From: Naegleria gruberi
Lineage: Eukaryota
Length of the DNA: 64,000 bases
Reading direction: 5' to 3' (one strand)
Assembly: GCA_000004985.1 (NCBI GenBank)
Contig: GG738883.1
Of this stretch, positions 20,173 to 29,816 are shown piece by piece (the first letter of the stretch is position 1; each line of letters begins with the position of its first letter). The position numbers were made by a program, and so were the translations under genes. A model generated the notes under the pieces. That model ran no database searches and had not been told where the DNA came from. It was given only the letters and a program-made list of their open reading frames with translations.

Positions 20173-22578
20173 ATGTTAACAGACTTTGAAATCAATGATG
20201 AGAATAATCATCAGGACGATCAGGGCTATGATGAAATTATTGGAGGAGAAGATCATCATGTTCGTAATAGTAACGAAACAAAATTTGATAATTTACCGGA
20301 GGAAGTAATTGCAAATATTTGTTCATGTTTTATGAGAAATTCAACAACAAATTTAGCAGAAAGAAAAGGACAACAGGATTTTTCTGAAAATTCATTGTTT
20401 GAGTATGAAGATTTTCATACTGTCAATATTGATGATTTAATAGATATTTATCCATTATCGTTACTTAATAGAACTATTAGAAACAAAATTTTAAATAATA
20501 ATCATTTGTGGAATGAACAAATGATTGTTGATCTGAGTGAATTTTCAAAATCAACCAAATTATTTAAATATATGAATAAGATTAATGATTGGAATTATAG
20601 TTCATCTGATGATGATCTAATTGTAACAGTAGAAAGAGAAAGACTAAATATTGCTTTGAACTTTCTTTCATGTCTTGGTTTATCTGAATATATTAAAAAG
20701 TTAAAAGTTAGTTGCATATTGAAAGAAGTTGGGTTGAAGGAATCCATTTCATGGTCAAAACTCATTATTCACTCATTCCCTAATCTAACAGATATCATCT
20801 ATTACAGCCTCACTGATAGAAATGTTGTTAAGAGGTACGAATCCTTAGATTGTACTCAGGGAAAATGGCAAAATTTGAGCTCAATAACTGTTTATTTTGA
20901 TTTTACGTCATTATTATCTTTAATAGAAAACCACAAATCTACTATCAAGTCTATTGCTTTTTCTCCAAAAATGTCAGATAGGAAATCAACAGAAGAACTC
21001 TTAAAAAATCCCAAGATACTGGAAAATGTACAGAACATTATTATTAGTATGAAGTTTGATTCTGCAATGATGGAATCTAACAAAAATTATATGGAAAAGT
21101 TTGGTGCATTAAACATAGATTGTTCTGCTTTAGATATAGAGCGTTGGATTCCAAAACTGACACACCTTAAAAAGTTGGTGTTGGAAGGAATATACAATCC
21201 AAATTTTAAAATTGAAAACGTTAATTTCACAAATTTAACTGAGCTAGTGATATGTTTAGCTAATCAATCGGAATTAGCTTTCAACAATGTTCAAGCTCCA
21301 GAATTGCAAGAGCTTAGCATTTCTAATGCATCAATAGAAGCATCAACAGAGCCATTTAAAAATTTGCGATCATTGAAATTTCAAACTTGTAATTATGATC
21401 AAAATTTTTGGATCAAATCTCACCCTACACTCATGTACTTTAGCTTGTTTTTTCCAGAGTTTAAAGACACTATGTATAATCGCTCATTTTCATTGACTGA
21501 CAATCAAAGCTTACTTGTTATTTTACTTACCTCACTGGAATCTGTCTCTATAACTAACATCAACCCTTCTTGCAAATTATATATTGAAAAATGTCAATCA
21601 ATTCAGATTAATACTAGTAAGATATCTGAAATTTATATACAGAGCTATTCTACTGCTAGCGATATAAATATCAAAGGAGATCACTGTTCAAAACTTCATC
21701 TTCCAAAAGGTATTGAAAAATGTAAAATAGATTTGAATTCAATTAGTGAGATGAACTGTTATTATCAAGATAATTATTCTAAAATATTACCTCTTAGAGC
21801 ACATAACATTTCGTTAGAAACATTGCATATATCCTGCTTTAACATTCCTATTTTTATTAAGGAATTCTTAACATCCTTTAAATATATTGGAACTTGTAAA
21901 TGTGTTATCAGTCATGATCATACATACTCAAAAGTATACAAAAACATTAGTCCAAGCTCTAATCTTGATACTGACATGTCTAGTGTTGAGAAAATAATTA
22001 CTCATGGAGATATATCACTTCATACACATTTGACAAATAGCACCTCCTTACATACAATAATATCTGGAAGCAAATTAATCTGTTCTCCCAATACCACCTA
22101 CTTGAGCACTTCACTCACTCATTTGGAAACAAGTATTCAAAACTTTTCTTCACAATTTGACCTCCCTAATTTGAAAAATTTAATAATTTCTCATTCTGCA
22201 GATATAGAAATTGATCTTTCTCAATATCCACATCTAGAAGATTTTTCAATTTCTCATTCTAAGAATGTAAAAATTCGAAATACATCCAAGAGTATGGAGA
22301 AAATGAAATTTTTCCTATTGGAGGGTATTAATTCTCTTTCAATCAGTATTGATAATGTACAAGCCCCAAATATCCGAGAAGCCATCATTCACTCAATCAA
22401 AAGCATTGAACCTGGTACTGAGCCAATATTCACTTTATCTCATAGCCCAAAGATGCTCTTTTACTATGTTTCATTTGTGTGGAAACCAGCTTTTAAACCA
22501 AACCCACCTCGTACACATCAAGAAACTTTTGTAACGCCAATACCTAACGAAAACACCAGAAATTGTGAAATATTATAA
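20173..22578 (+). CDS. large hypothetical protein (801 aa) with internal repeats (NVQAPELQELSISNASIEASTEPF / NVQAPNIREAIIHSIKSIEPGTEPI), leucine-rich
   Basis: Long ORF with ATG in an A-rich context. Confidence 0.5.
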   Translation: MLTDFEINDENNHQDDQGYDEIIGGEDHHVRNSNETKFDNLPEEVIANICSCFMRNSTTNLAERKGQQDFSENSLFEYEDFHTVNIDDLIDIYPLSLLNRTIRNKILNNNHLWNEQMIVDLSEFSKSTKLFKYMNKINDWNYSSSDDDLIVTVERERLNIALNFLSCLGLSEYIKKLKVSCILKEVGLKESISWSKLIIHSFPNLTDIIYYSLTDRNVVKRYESLDCTQGKWQNLSSITVYFDFTSLLSLIENHKSTIKSIAFSPKMSDRKSTEELLKNPKILENVQNIIISMKFDSAMMESNKNYMEKFGALNIDCSALDIERWIPKLTHLKKLVLEGIYNPNFKIENVNFTNLTELVICLANQSELAFNNVQAPELQELSISNASIEASTEPFKNLRSLKFQTCNYDQNFWIKSHPTLMYFSLFFPEFKDTMYNRSFSLTDNQSLLVILLTSLESVSITNINPSCKLYIEKCQSIQINTSKISEIYIQSYSTASDINIKGDHCSKLHLPKGIEKCKIDLNSISEMNCYYQDNYSKILPLRAHNISLETLHISCFNIPIFIKEFLTSFKYIGTCKCVISHDHTYSKVYKNISPSSNLDTDMSSVEKIITHGDISLHTHLTNSTSLHTIISGSKLICSPNTTYLSTSLTHLETSIQNFSSQFDLPNLKNLIISHSADIEIDLSQYPHLEDFSISHSKNVKIRNTSKSMEKMKFFLLEGINSLSISIDNVQAPNIREAIIHSIKSIEPGTEPIFTLSHSPKMLFYYVSFVWKPAFKPNPPRTHQETFVTPIPNENTRNCEIL

Positions 22579-22649
22579 CAATTTCTGGTGTGAAATATTA
22601 GAAACTTTGGATAACTTTTTTTCATTGAATCTGTGGCCAATTAATTGTG

Positions 22650-24089
22650 TTACTCCTCATTCATAGAAATTTCTAAAAACCTCGTTCCATTAAAATCTTT
22701 AATTGTTTCAATAACAATCTTATCTATTGGATCTGATAATAGCAATACTTCTAACCCTTTCTTGGAATACTGTTCAATAAGTACTTCATTAATATTGGTT
22801 TCAATGCTTAGCAAAAAGTAAATGAATGTTTGTCCCTCCATCATTCTTGAACAATAATCCCTCAAACTCGACCACTCCGTCCTTTTGCAATTCGAGTGAA
22901 ATCTCAAAAGGTCTGTCAGAAGTAATCTATTTGAATCATCTAAAATCACTCCCATCTTGATTTTCCTTCCAAAATTTTGGTAGAAGTTCTTATAATCATC
23001 CTTATTTTCAGCAAGTCTTTCAAACATTTGCAATGTTGCCCTTGTCACACGTTTCCTTATTACTTTTAAAATTTTGTTTTCAGAAAATTGATATAAATTA
23101 AGAGGTAAATCTTCCGAATCTACCAATACTCTCATGAAATCCAAATAGTCTGGTACAATATATTTGCAATTATCCATTATAAACGTGCTTCTTATGTACA
23201 GATGACTGACAAGCTCATAATTAAAATGGGCCACCTTTGGAATAAACAATAGTAATTTGAATTCAAGAATTCCTTCAACTCTGTAATGAGACATGGTCAA
23301 GTAATCTTCCCAATCATTTGACATTTCCTTATAGAACTGTAAATATTCACTTTTTGAAATTTTTTCAGGATCTCTTGTCCACAAGGGCTGATCTTTGTTC
23401 AAAAACTCACATTTCTGTTCATTATTTTCATCCAGAGTCTGTAGTAACACTGGATATCTAATTGGTTTGGAAAGAACAGTCAGATACATCTTGAGAAATG
23501 AATTATCCAACAATACAAGTGAATCCTCATTCAAATATAGTGTTACTCTTGTTCCTCTTGTCAATTGTTCAGAACTTGTGTCACTTGCTACTTTGAAAAC
23601 TCCATCTCCACTCGATTTCCAAATAAATTGCTCATTTCCATGCATTTTAGATGAAACCACCACTTTTTCAGCAATCATAAATGCTAAATTAAATCCAAAA
23701 CAATTTCCAAACCGTTCCATTACACTACTTTTATCACCTTGTTTCAATAATTCAACATATAATTTCACTCTCTTACTCAAAGAACCTCCTAAATTCAACA
23801 CAAGATCATTCCTTGACATTCCAAATCCTGAATCAATAATACTCAATGATTTACTCTCCAAATCAGGAATTATTTTAATGAATAGTTGAGGTTCACTCAA
23901 CAAGACAGAAGAATCCGATAGACTTGCATATTTAATTCTATCCAAAGCATCAGAAGAGTTGGAAATTAGTGATTTGAGAATAGTTTGCAAGTTATTGGAA
24001 GGAGGAATTTGTTTCAATAATTTGATTAATTCTGCAATTTCCTCTTGAAATAAGAAAGTATCTTCCGATATCTGATGATCTGAAGCCAT
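22650..24089 (-). CDS. divergent, C-terminally short HSP90-family paralog (479 aa from MASDHQISEDTF...)
   Basis: EDTFLFQEEIAELIKLL...LISNSSDALDRIKYASLSD aligns with HSP90 ETFAFQAEIAQLMSLI...LISNSSDALDKIRYESLTD. IDSGFGMS aligns with DTGIGMT. FGNCFGFNLAFMIAEKVVV aligns with FGVGFYSAYLVAEKVTV. GTRVTLYLNED aligns with GTKVILHLKED. No MEEVD tail is present. Confidence 0.7.
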   Translation of the reverse strand: MASDHQISEDTFLFQEEIAELIKLLKQIPPSNNLQTILKSLISNSSDALDRIKYASLSDSSVLLSEPQLFIKIIPDLESKSLSIIDSGFGMSRNDLVLNLGGSLSKRVKLYVELLKQGDKSSVMERFGNCFGFNLAFMIAEKVVVSSKMHGNEQFIWKSSGDGVFKVASDTSSEQLTRGTRVTLYLNEDSLVLLDNSFLKMYLTVLSKPIRYPVLLQTLDENNEQKCEFLNKDQPLWTRDPEKISKSEYLQFYKEMSNDWEDYLTMSHYRVEGILEFKLLLFIPKVAHFNYELVSHLYIRSTFIMDNCKYIVPDYLDFMRVLVDSEDLPLNLYQFSENKILKVIRKRVTRATLQMFERLAENKDDYKNFYQNFGRKIKMGVILDDSNRLLLTDLLRFHSNCKRTEWSSLRDYCSRMMEGQTFIYFLLSIETNINEVLIEQYSKKGLEVLLLSDPIDKIVIETIKDFNGTRFLEISMNEE

Positions 24090-24573
24090 TTTTTTAATAT
24101 ATTGTAATGGATAATATTTTGTAAACAACATGCAGGAAAAATAGCGTTGGTCTGATGAAAATTAAATTGTCATCAACACAATTTCTTATGGAAAGACACC
24201 ATACAATAAAAGTAAGTTGTAGGTTCAATTACTGGTCCTAACAAGGATTTTTCTTCAGCTAAAACACTCAAAAAAATACAACAAATTCACTTCTAAAAAA
24301 AACCTCCATCGGTACGGTTTTGGCTTTTTTCGTTCTCTTCATCACAAAGTTAAACCGTTGTTGTGTATTTTAAAAAGGCTTTGCAGAATAAGAAATAACA
24401 TCGGCCCACAACATCAACATCTTCAACAACAACAACAACAAAATTTAAAAACACAACAGGTGATAGATTTCTACCTGATACAATCTAGGCTATTAACTGA
24501 TTCATCATCAATTTGATCAAAATACTTTTCAACAATACAATTTCACGGATATGATAAAAACAAAACAATCACA

Positions 24574-25941
24574 ATGAATACTCAACTCTCCAATAATAAC
24601 CAATCCTCTTCCTCTGAACCCCACGAAATTTCAACTCACAAACAAAATGATGAAGCAAACAATATTCCAGTTGACGTTGCTTCTGGTGATCCTAATTCCC
24701 AATCATGGGTGAATTTACAACAACAGTTCATGGGAAATCCACATTACATGCCACCAAATATGACACCACAACAATACTATTATATGACTCTGTGGTTAAT
24801 GCAACAAAACGGAGGCAAGGATGATCCCAATAAGAAGAAAACAGACAATCCATCAATAATAGATCCATCAGGTGCTGCTCCAAACGGAGAAGCTGAAAAT
24901 CCATTAGGTATCTACCCACCACAAGTATATTTCCCATTTCCTGGCAACAATCCACCAAATAATTCACAAATTCCATCCCTAAATGTTGTTCAATCACAAG
25001 AAGACACAAACATTTCACAAGAAGCTGCAACACAAGAAAAGAAAACTAAAAGAAGAACAAAAGCCGCATCAACAACTCCTAAATCTTCAACTAAAAAACG
25101 AAAAAACACAAAGGAAGCAACAACTCCTGTTGAAGAAAGTTCTAACACACCAGATACACCAAAGAAAAAAAAGAAAAAGGAAACAACTTCTTCAAATGCA
25201 GGATCTAGTAGTAGAGGATCGAGAGGAGGACTTAGACATTTTAGTTTTAAAGTTTGCGAACTTGTTCAAAGAAAGAAAACAACTACAATTAATGATGTTG
25301 CTGATGAACTGGTTCAAGCAGAACTTCAAGATGAAGACAGTAAATCTGATGACAAGAACATTAGACGACGTGTTTATGATGCTCTCAACGTTTTAATGGC
25401 TTTAAATATTATTTCAAAAGATAAGAAAGAGATTAAGTGGAAGGGTTTACCTGTAGATTCACAAAAAGAATGTGAAGCATTGAATCAAATCAAATTACAA
25501 CGTTTAGAAATGATTCAAAAAAAAACTCAACAATTACAAGAACTTGAAAAACAACATCGATCATTATCAAGTTTATGTCAAAGAAATTCAAGCATGAATT
25601 TTGCAGAATCTAAGAGGATTGAATTACCTTTTATTATTGTTCATACATCAAAATCAACACAAATTGAATGCGAAATGGATGAAAATAGGTCTGAGGTATT
25701 TTTCAATTTCGACAAGCCTTTCGAAATTCATGATGATAATGAGATTTTATATAGGTTAAATCTAGGTTCAGATCAAAATCAATCTTCAAATCAACCAAGT
25801 GAGTCGAATAATATGAACATTTCAACATCAGGTCAAGCAGAAGATGACTTCTTTTCATTGGAACAACCCACAAACACTTCCTCTCCAAAAAAACCTTCTA
25901 ATAGCACTTCAAACAATGAAAAAGATATGGACACTCAATAA
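24574..25941 (+). CDS. tfdp: transcription factor Dp (TFDP, E2F dimerisation partner) homolog (455 aa)
   Basis: LRHFSFKVCELVQRKKTTTINDVADELV...DKNIRRRVYDALNVLMALNIISKDKKEIKWKGLP matches the DP winged-helix DNA-binding domain almost motif for motif. The downstream DP dimerisation region is also present (LPFIIVHTSKSTQIECEMDENRSEVFFNFDKPFEIHDDNEIL). Confidence 0.85.
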   Translation: MNTQLSNNNQSSSSEPHEISTHKQNDEANNIPVDVASGDPNSQSWVNLQQQFMGNPHYMPPNMTPQQYYYMTLWLMQQNGGKDDPNKKKTDNPSIIDPSGAAPNGEAENPLGIYPPQVYFPFPGNNPPNNSQIPSLNVVQSQEDTNISQEAATQEKKTKRRTKAASTTPKSSTKKRKNTKEATTPVEESSNTPDTPKKKKKKETTSSNAGSSSRGSRGGLRHFSFKVCELVQRKKTTTINDVADELVQAELQDEDSKSDDKNIRRRVYDALNVLMALNIISKDKKEIKWKGLPVDSQKECEALNQIKLQRLEMIQKKTQQLQELEKQHRSLSSLCQRNSSMNFAESKRIELPFIIVHTSKSTQIECEMDENRSEVFFNFDKPFEIHDDNEILYRLNLGSDQNQSSNQPSESNNMNISTSGQAEDDFFSLEQPTNTSSPKKPSNSTSNNEKDMDTQ

Positions 25942-25955
25942 ACTTGTACATTTTG

Positions 25956-27371
25956 TTATTTATTGTTGCTTAGTAGATGCATTACTTCAGACAGAACTCT
26001 TCTTGTTTTTTCATTCGCCATAAAAGCCTCATTATAATCTGATTCAATTTGATTTAGTTCCATTTCTAGAGAAGCAATTAATTTCTTCTGATCTTCTATC
26101 CTTACAACAAGATCCTGCTTAGTCTTTCGTTCGGTTTCAATCTTTTTCTTAATGTCTGAAATTGAGCTTGGGGGAGAACTCGAGGGAGAAGGCTCCTTCA
26201 CTTTGTCAAATGAAAATTTGTAAAAATCCACATCTGGCCTTCTGAAAAATATCGTGTATTTGATTTCTGATTCCTCATTGAAATCCAACCAATCAACCAG
26301 ATATTTTTTGATATTGTTTCCAATTAGAATGAGTATCGATGCTCCATGCAGAGTGGAGTTTGTTTTTTGGGAGTGGGGATCAAAAATTACATGCACTATT
26401 TCTCCATATTCTTGGTCTAGAATTGAGTATATTAGCTTAGTAAATGTGTTCTGTTGGAGTAATAATATACAACTCCTTCGTTTCGTTTCCAAAACTCGAT
26501 CAACCTTGGAAGAAAGACTTGTGAGCTCTCTAAGAGTAATTGCAGCTGCGGCTTGAAGATCCAATAATTTGTTTAACCTATCGTTCATTCGCAACATGTG
26601 CTCTGCATCAAGAATTCCCTGTTGGGGATCTTGAAAAGCTCCAAGTTGTAGAACGTTGTCAATCAAAGAGTTGGTAATTTTTGATGGTTCTAGCACTCTG
26701 TAAAGCAATTGTGCACCCATTTCAAGGCAAGTCGGCAGTGATGATGTACTCACCCCAAATGTTTGATAATCATTTTCACTAGCGATTAATAAACACTTCT
26801 CGATGTACTTATAATTTTTCCTATACATGGTTTCGAATTCAAATTTCTTGATTGACCTAAGTGGTGATTCCCTCTCTGTTGTTGATTGTCTCGAATATTG
26901 TTTATCATTAATTTGATTCCTATCAATTGAATAATCATATGATCCGTAAGGGCTTCCACTTTTACTATAATTTCTTGATGGATCTGAAGGAGAGAAGGAT
27001 CTGGTTGGCGTTGAAAATCGAACTGAGGGTTCTCTTGGAGGAGATTTAATAAGTTCATTGCTAAGTGACCTACGCTTTGCATCCGAAGAAGATGGTTTTT
27101 GAGGAGGAGAAGCAATAGGTGAATTAAAATTTCTGAAAGGACCATCCGAAGGAAATATTGTTGAGTCTCCATATGATCTTCTGTGGGATTGTTTTGATGT
27201 TGTAGTTATCGATGAAGATACTGGAGTATATTTTGAATAAGTTAATGAGTTTGAATTTCCATAGACATGTTGTTGCTGTTGCTGATCAAAGTGATGGTCA
27301 TACTTTGGTCGTTGAGACATTTTATTCACTTTATTTTTTTGTAGAAAGTTTGGCGGGAAATCATTCTTCAT
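25956..27371 (-). CDS. hypothetical protein (471 aa) with an S/P-rich phospho-type N-terminal region, a conserved-looking central domain and a C-terminal coiled coil
   Basis: ORF with ATG in an A-rich context. No family is recognised. Confidence 0.5.
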   Translation of the reverse strand: MKNDFPPNFLQKNKVNKMSQRPKYDHHFDQQQQQHVYGNSNSLTYSKYTPVSSSITTTSKQSHRRSYGDSTIFPSDGPFRNFNSPIASPPQKPSSSDAKRRSLSNELIKSPPREPSVRFSTPTRSFSPSDPSRNYSKSGSPYGSYDYSIDRNQINDKQYSRQSTTERESPLRSIKKFEFETMYRKNYKYIEKCLLIASENDYQTFGVSTSSLPTCLEMGAQLLYRVLEPSKITNSLIDNVLQLGAFQDPQQGILDAEHMLRMNDRLNKLLDLQAAAAITLRELTSLSSKVDRVLETKRRSCILLLQQNTFTKLIYSILDQEYGEIVHVIFDPHSQKTNSTLHGASILILIGNNIKKYLVDWLDFNEESEIKYTIFFRRPDVDFYKFSFDKVKEPSPSSSPPSSISDIKKKIETERKTKQDLVVRIEDQKKLIASLEMELNQIESDYNEAFMANEKTRRVLSEVMHLLSNNK

Positions 27372-27484
27372 TCTTTTCTTCTAACAGAATTTAAATCTGA
27401 TGAATTTTCTTATCGCTCTCTAATCACTATTCAACTTAGCTAAAAACTAGGAAACGCGCTAGGAAGCATGCTGATAATTACCAA

Positions 27485-29437
27485 TTATTTTGATGGTTCC
27501 TTATCATCCTTCTTATCCTTCTTATCTCCTAAATCAATTTCATCATCACTACTGTGTTTAGTCGAAACTGTCCTTGCAGACATGCTATCTGATACAACCA
27601 TATGGTTTGAATTATTTGGAGGTAAAGTCAGATTTGGAAAACTCTTTTCTCCTGCTTGTTCCTTCTTATCTTCCTTCTTTTCTTCCTCTACTCTAGCAGA
27701 GCTTTGATTGTCATTGGAATTGCTTGTAGAAGCCACACTAATATCGCTTCTTGTTTTTCCTTGAGCTGAAAGAGGTTTAATCAACTTCATGATCGATTTA
27801 ACTTTAGTTTGAACTCGGGTTTTTGTAACAGTTGTTTTTTGGTTGGCTTGGGTTCTCTTCTCAGCTTCTTCCTGAATTTTCTTTTTGGCCTCAGGGAATC
27901 TTGCAAGCACATTGTCGAAATCCTCCTTATACAAAACGAACACTTCACAAATTTCTTTTGCTCTCACAGAAGCCATTCTCTTGGAGTTGGAAATTAAGGC
28001 TACCTCTCCAAAGAAAGAACCAGAGGTAAGAGTGGCCCAAATTTGACCTTGAGGGCCGACAATTTCAACTGTTCCTTTACCAAGGAAAAACATTTCTCTA
28101 CCAACCTCACCAAACTGCATCGCATAGTAATTTTCCAAAATGATTGTGTGGTTCAAGTAAAGACAAATTTCTTGAATGAATAATTCTTCCATATCTTTCA
28201 TGAAAGGGACTTTCTTTACAAGGTCTTTGTGCAAAAATTGAGAAACTTTTCTCTTTGTCTCAAGTTCCAAGTCTTCCAAGATATCCTCATCAGATTTTAG
28301 TTCTCTGTTAGCTCTCTGAATGATACCTAAAAAGTTACGAGAGTCAACAATTAGTTTAGTATTGACCTTTCTAAATTTCAAATAACCTGAAATGTCATCC
28401 AATTTTCTGTTAAACTTAGAACTCTGTTGATTCATTTGGTTTACAAGATTCGACACGACACCAACAATGCCGGCAAAGAACAGTACTCCAAAAATGGCAT
28501 TCAAAATGGAGTAGAGGGCACCAAGCTCATCTTGAGGGACGTCAGTTGCGAAACCCACAAGGAAGACAGTAGCAAAGTAAAAACTTCCTACATATTGCTT
28601 CACTCTTGTAACAAAGTTATAAGAAGCAATATCAGAAGATAGGTTCATAAACACTAAGTATTTCAAATTATCTGTTGTGTCCATCTGAATTAAAATATTA
28701 CCATATTCATGATACTGATTAAGGTTCCAAAAATATAGGCATGAAAACCAGTGAATAATAACACTGAGATAAATAATAGACTTGACAATACGTAAATAGA
28801 TGGGGTTAAGCCTACTCTTCGATTCTACAGTTTGATAATAGTCACCCAATCTGAGACTAATAACAGGAATAATTCTAAACAATCTAAATGCTGGATGATT
28901 GAGTAAAAACCAATCATATAATGTACAATACGAGAGAATATCTATTAACAACAATTTCCAGTAAGAAAGCAATCTTCCAAGTCTCTTTTTTTCAGGATCT
29001 GCTCCAACCATCTTTGGCTCCAAAAGGTGAGCTATCACATTGGTGATAGCCAAAACATCCGCAACAATATTCAAAACCAAAAATCCAACATGTGTATATT
29101 CTTCAAAACAAGCAAGGTAAGGTGCAATAATAGCATTATACAAAATTACTATTGTCATAATAAAATCCAAAACTATTCTAATATTGCTGTCAGGCATGAT
29201 GTAAAAGGATGTTGTTATGTTTTTTATCCTCATCGGAATAGAAACATGTTCTTTTTGACTCTCCTTATCTGCCAGTTTTACATCAACGTGACTTGATGAT
29301 GCTGGAGAATCTGGTTTTACTCTTCGTTTTCCTCTCTGAAAGAATTTACTCAGGAACATTTCAGTTATTTTTTTTATAGTTACCAGTAGCATGTTTGGCG
29401 GGAAAATATGAACATTGAGATGCTCAATGATTGGCAT
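27485..29437 (-). CDS. 6TM cation-channel-like protein with a C-terminal cyclic-nucleotide-binding domain (650 aa)
   Basis: Six hydrophobic segments are followed by a pore-like helix (YVGSFYFATVFLVGFATDVPQD, no GYG). The CNBD motifs are FGEVGREMFFLGKGTVEIVG...SGSFFGEVALIS...RMASVRA. Confidence 0.7.
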   Translation of the reverse strand: MPIIEHLNVHIFPPNMLLVTIKKITEMFLSKFFQRGKRRVKPDSPASSSHVDVKLADKESQKEHVSIPMRIKNITTSFYIMPDSNIRIVLDFIMTIVILYNAIIAPYLACFEEYTHVGFLVLNIVADVLAITNVIAHLLEPKMVGADPEKKRLGRLLSYWKLLLIDILSYCTLYDWFLLNHPAFRLFRIIPVISLRLGDYYQTVESKSRLNPIYLRIVKSIIYLSVIIHWFSCLYFWNLNQYHEYGNILIQMDTTDNLKYLVFMNLSSDIASYNFVTRVKQYVGSFYFATVFLVGFATDVPQDELGALYSILNAIFGVLFFAGIVGVVSNLVNQMNQQSSKFNRKLDDISGYLKFRKVNTKLIVDSRNFLGIIQRANRELKSDEDILEDLELETKRKVSQFLHKDLVKKVPFMKDMEELFIQEICLYLNHTIILENYYAMQFGEVGREMFFLGKGTVEIVGPQGQIWATLTSGSFFGEVALISNSKRMASVRAKEICEVFVLYKEDFDNVLARFPEAKKKIQEEAEKRTQANQKTTVTKTRVQTKVKSIMKLIKPLSAQGKTRSDISVASTSNSNDNQSSARVEEEKKEDKKEQAGEKSFPNLTLPPNNSNHMVVSDSMSARTVSTKHSSDDEIDLGDKKDKKDDKEPSK

Positions 29438-29816
29438 TGAAATTAAGAGTTCTTATTTGAACATTTTAAGTGCTTCTCGAGTAATTAAAATCTAGTGATG
29501 TTATTAGCTCACTTTTTTGATAGTCACGTCAAAGTTGGTATTGAATTTATTCTGGTTATAAGAATTACAACAAACCTAAAGCTTTACACTCAAAAAAATG
29601 TAGGTTTGATAATCATCTTAATTCTCTATTAAGTTTTGAAAGAATCTATGCAAGTAAATAGTGGAAGGCACAAATTTAGAATTGTCACCAAAGAATATTG
29701 AAAAATATTTTCCAACGTCATACCTTCTGCCTTGTTCATCTTCTCTGAGAATTTGTTTTCTCAGCACAGAAACTTCTCCGCAATATTCATAGCCTGAGCA
29801 ACACCATAGAAAAAAT

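Noticed and set aside
23395-29296. Assorted antisense or alternative-frame ORFs (23395..23889, 24728..25033, 24983..25396, 26254..26556, 26786..27172, 27468..27707, 27809..28029, 28427..28642, 29027..29296, 29618..29842)
   Set aside because: Each lies inside or antisense to a longer gene with recognisable domains (HSP90-like, TFDP, CNBD channel). In AT-rich DNA such shadow ORFs are expected.
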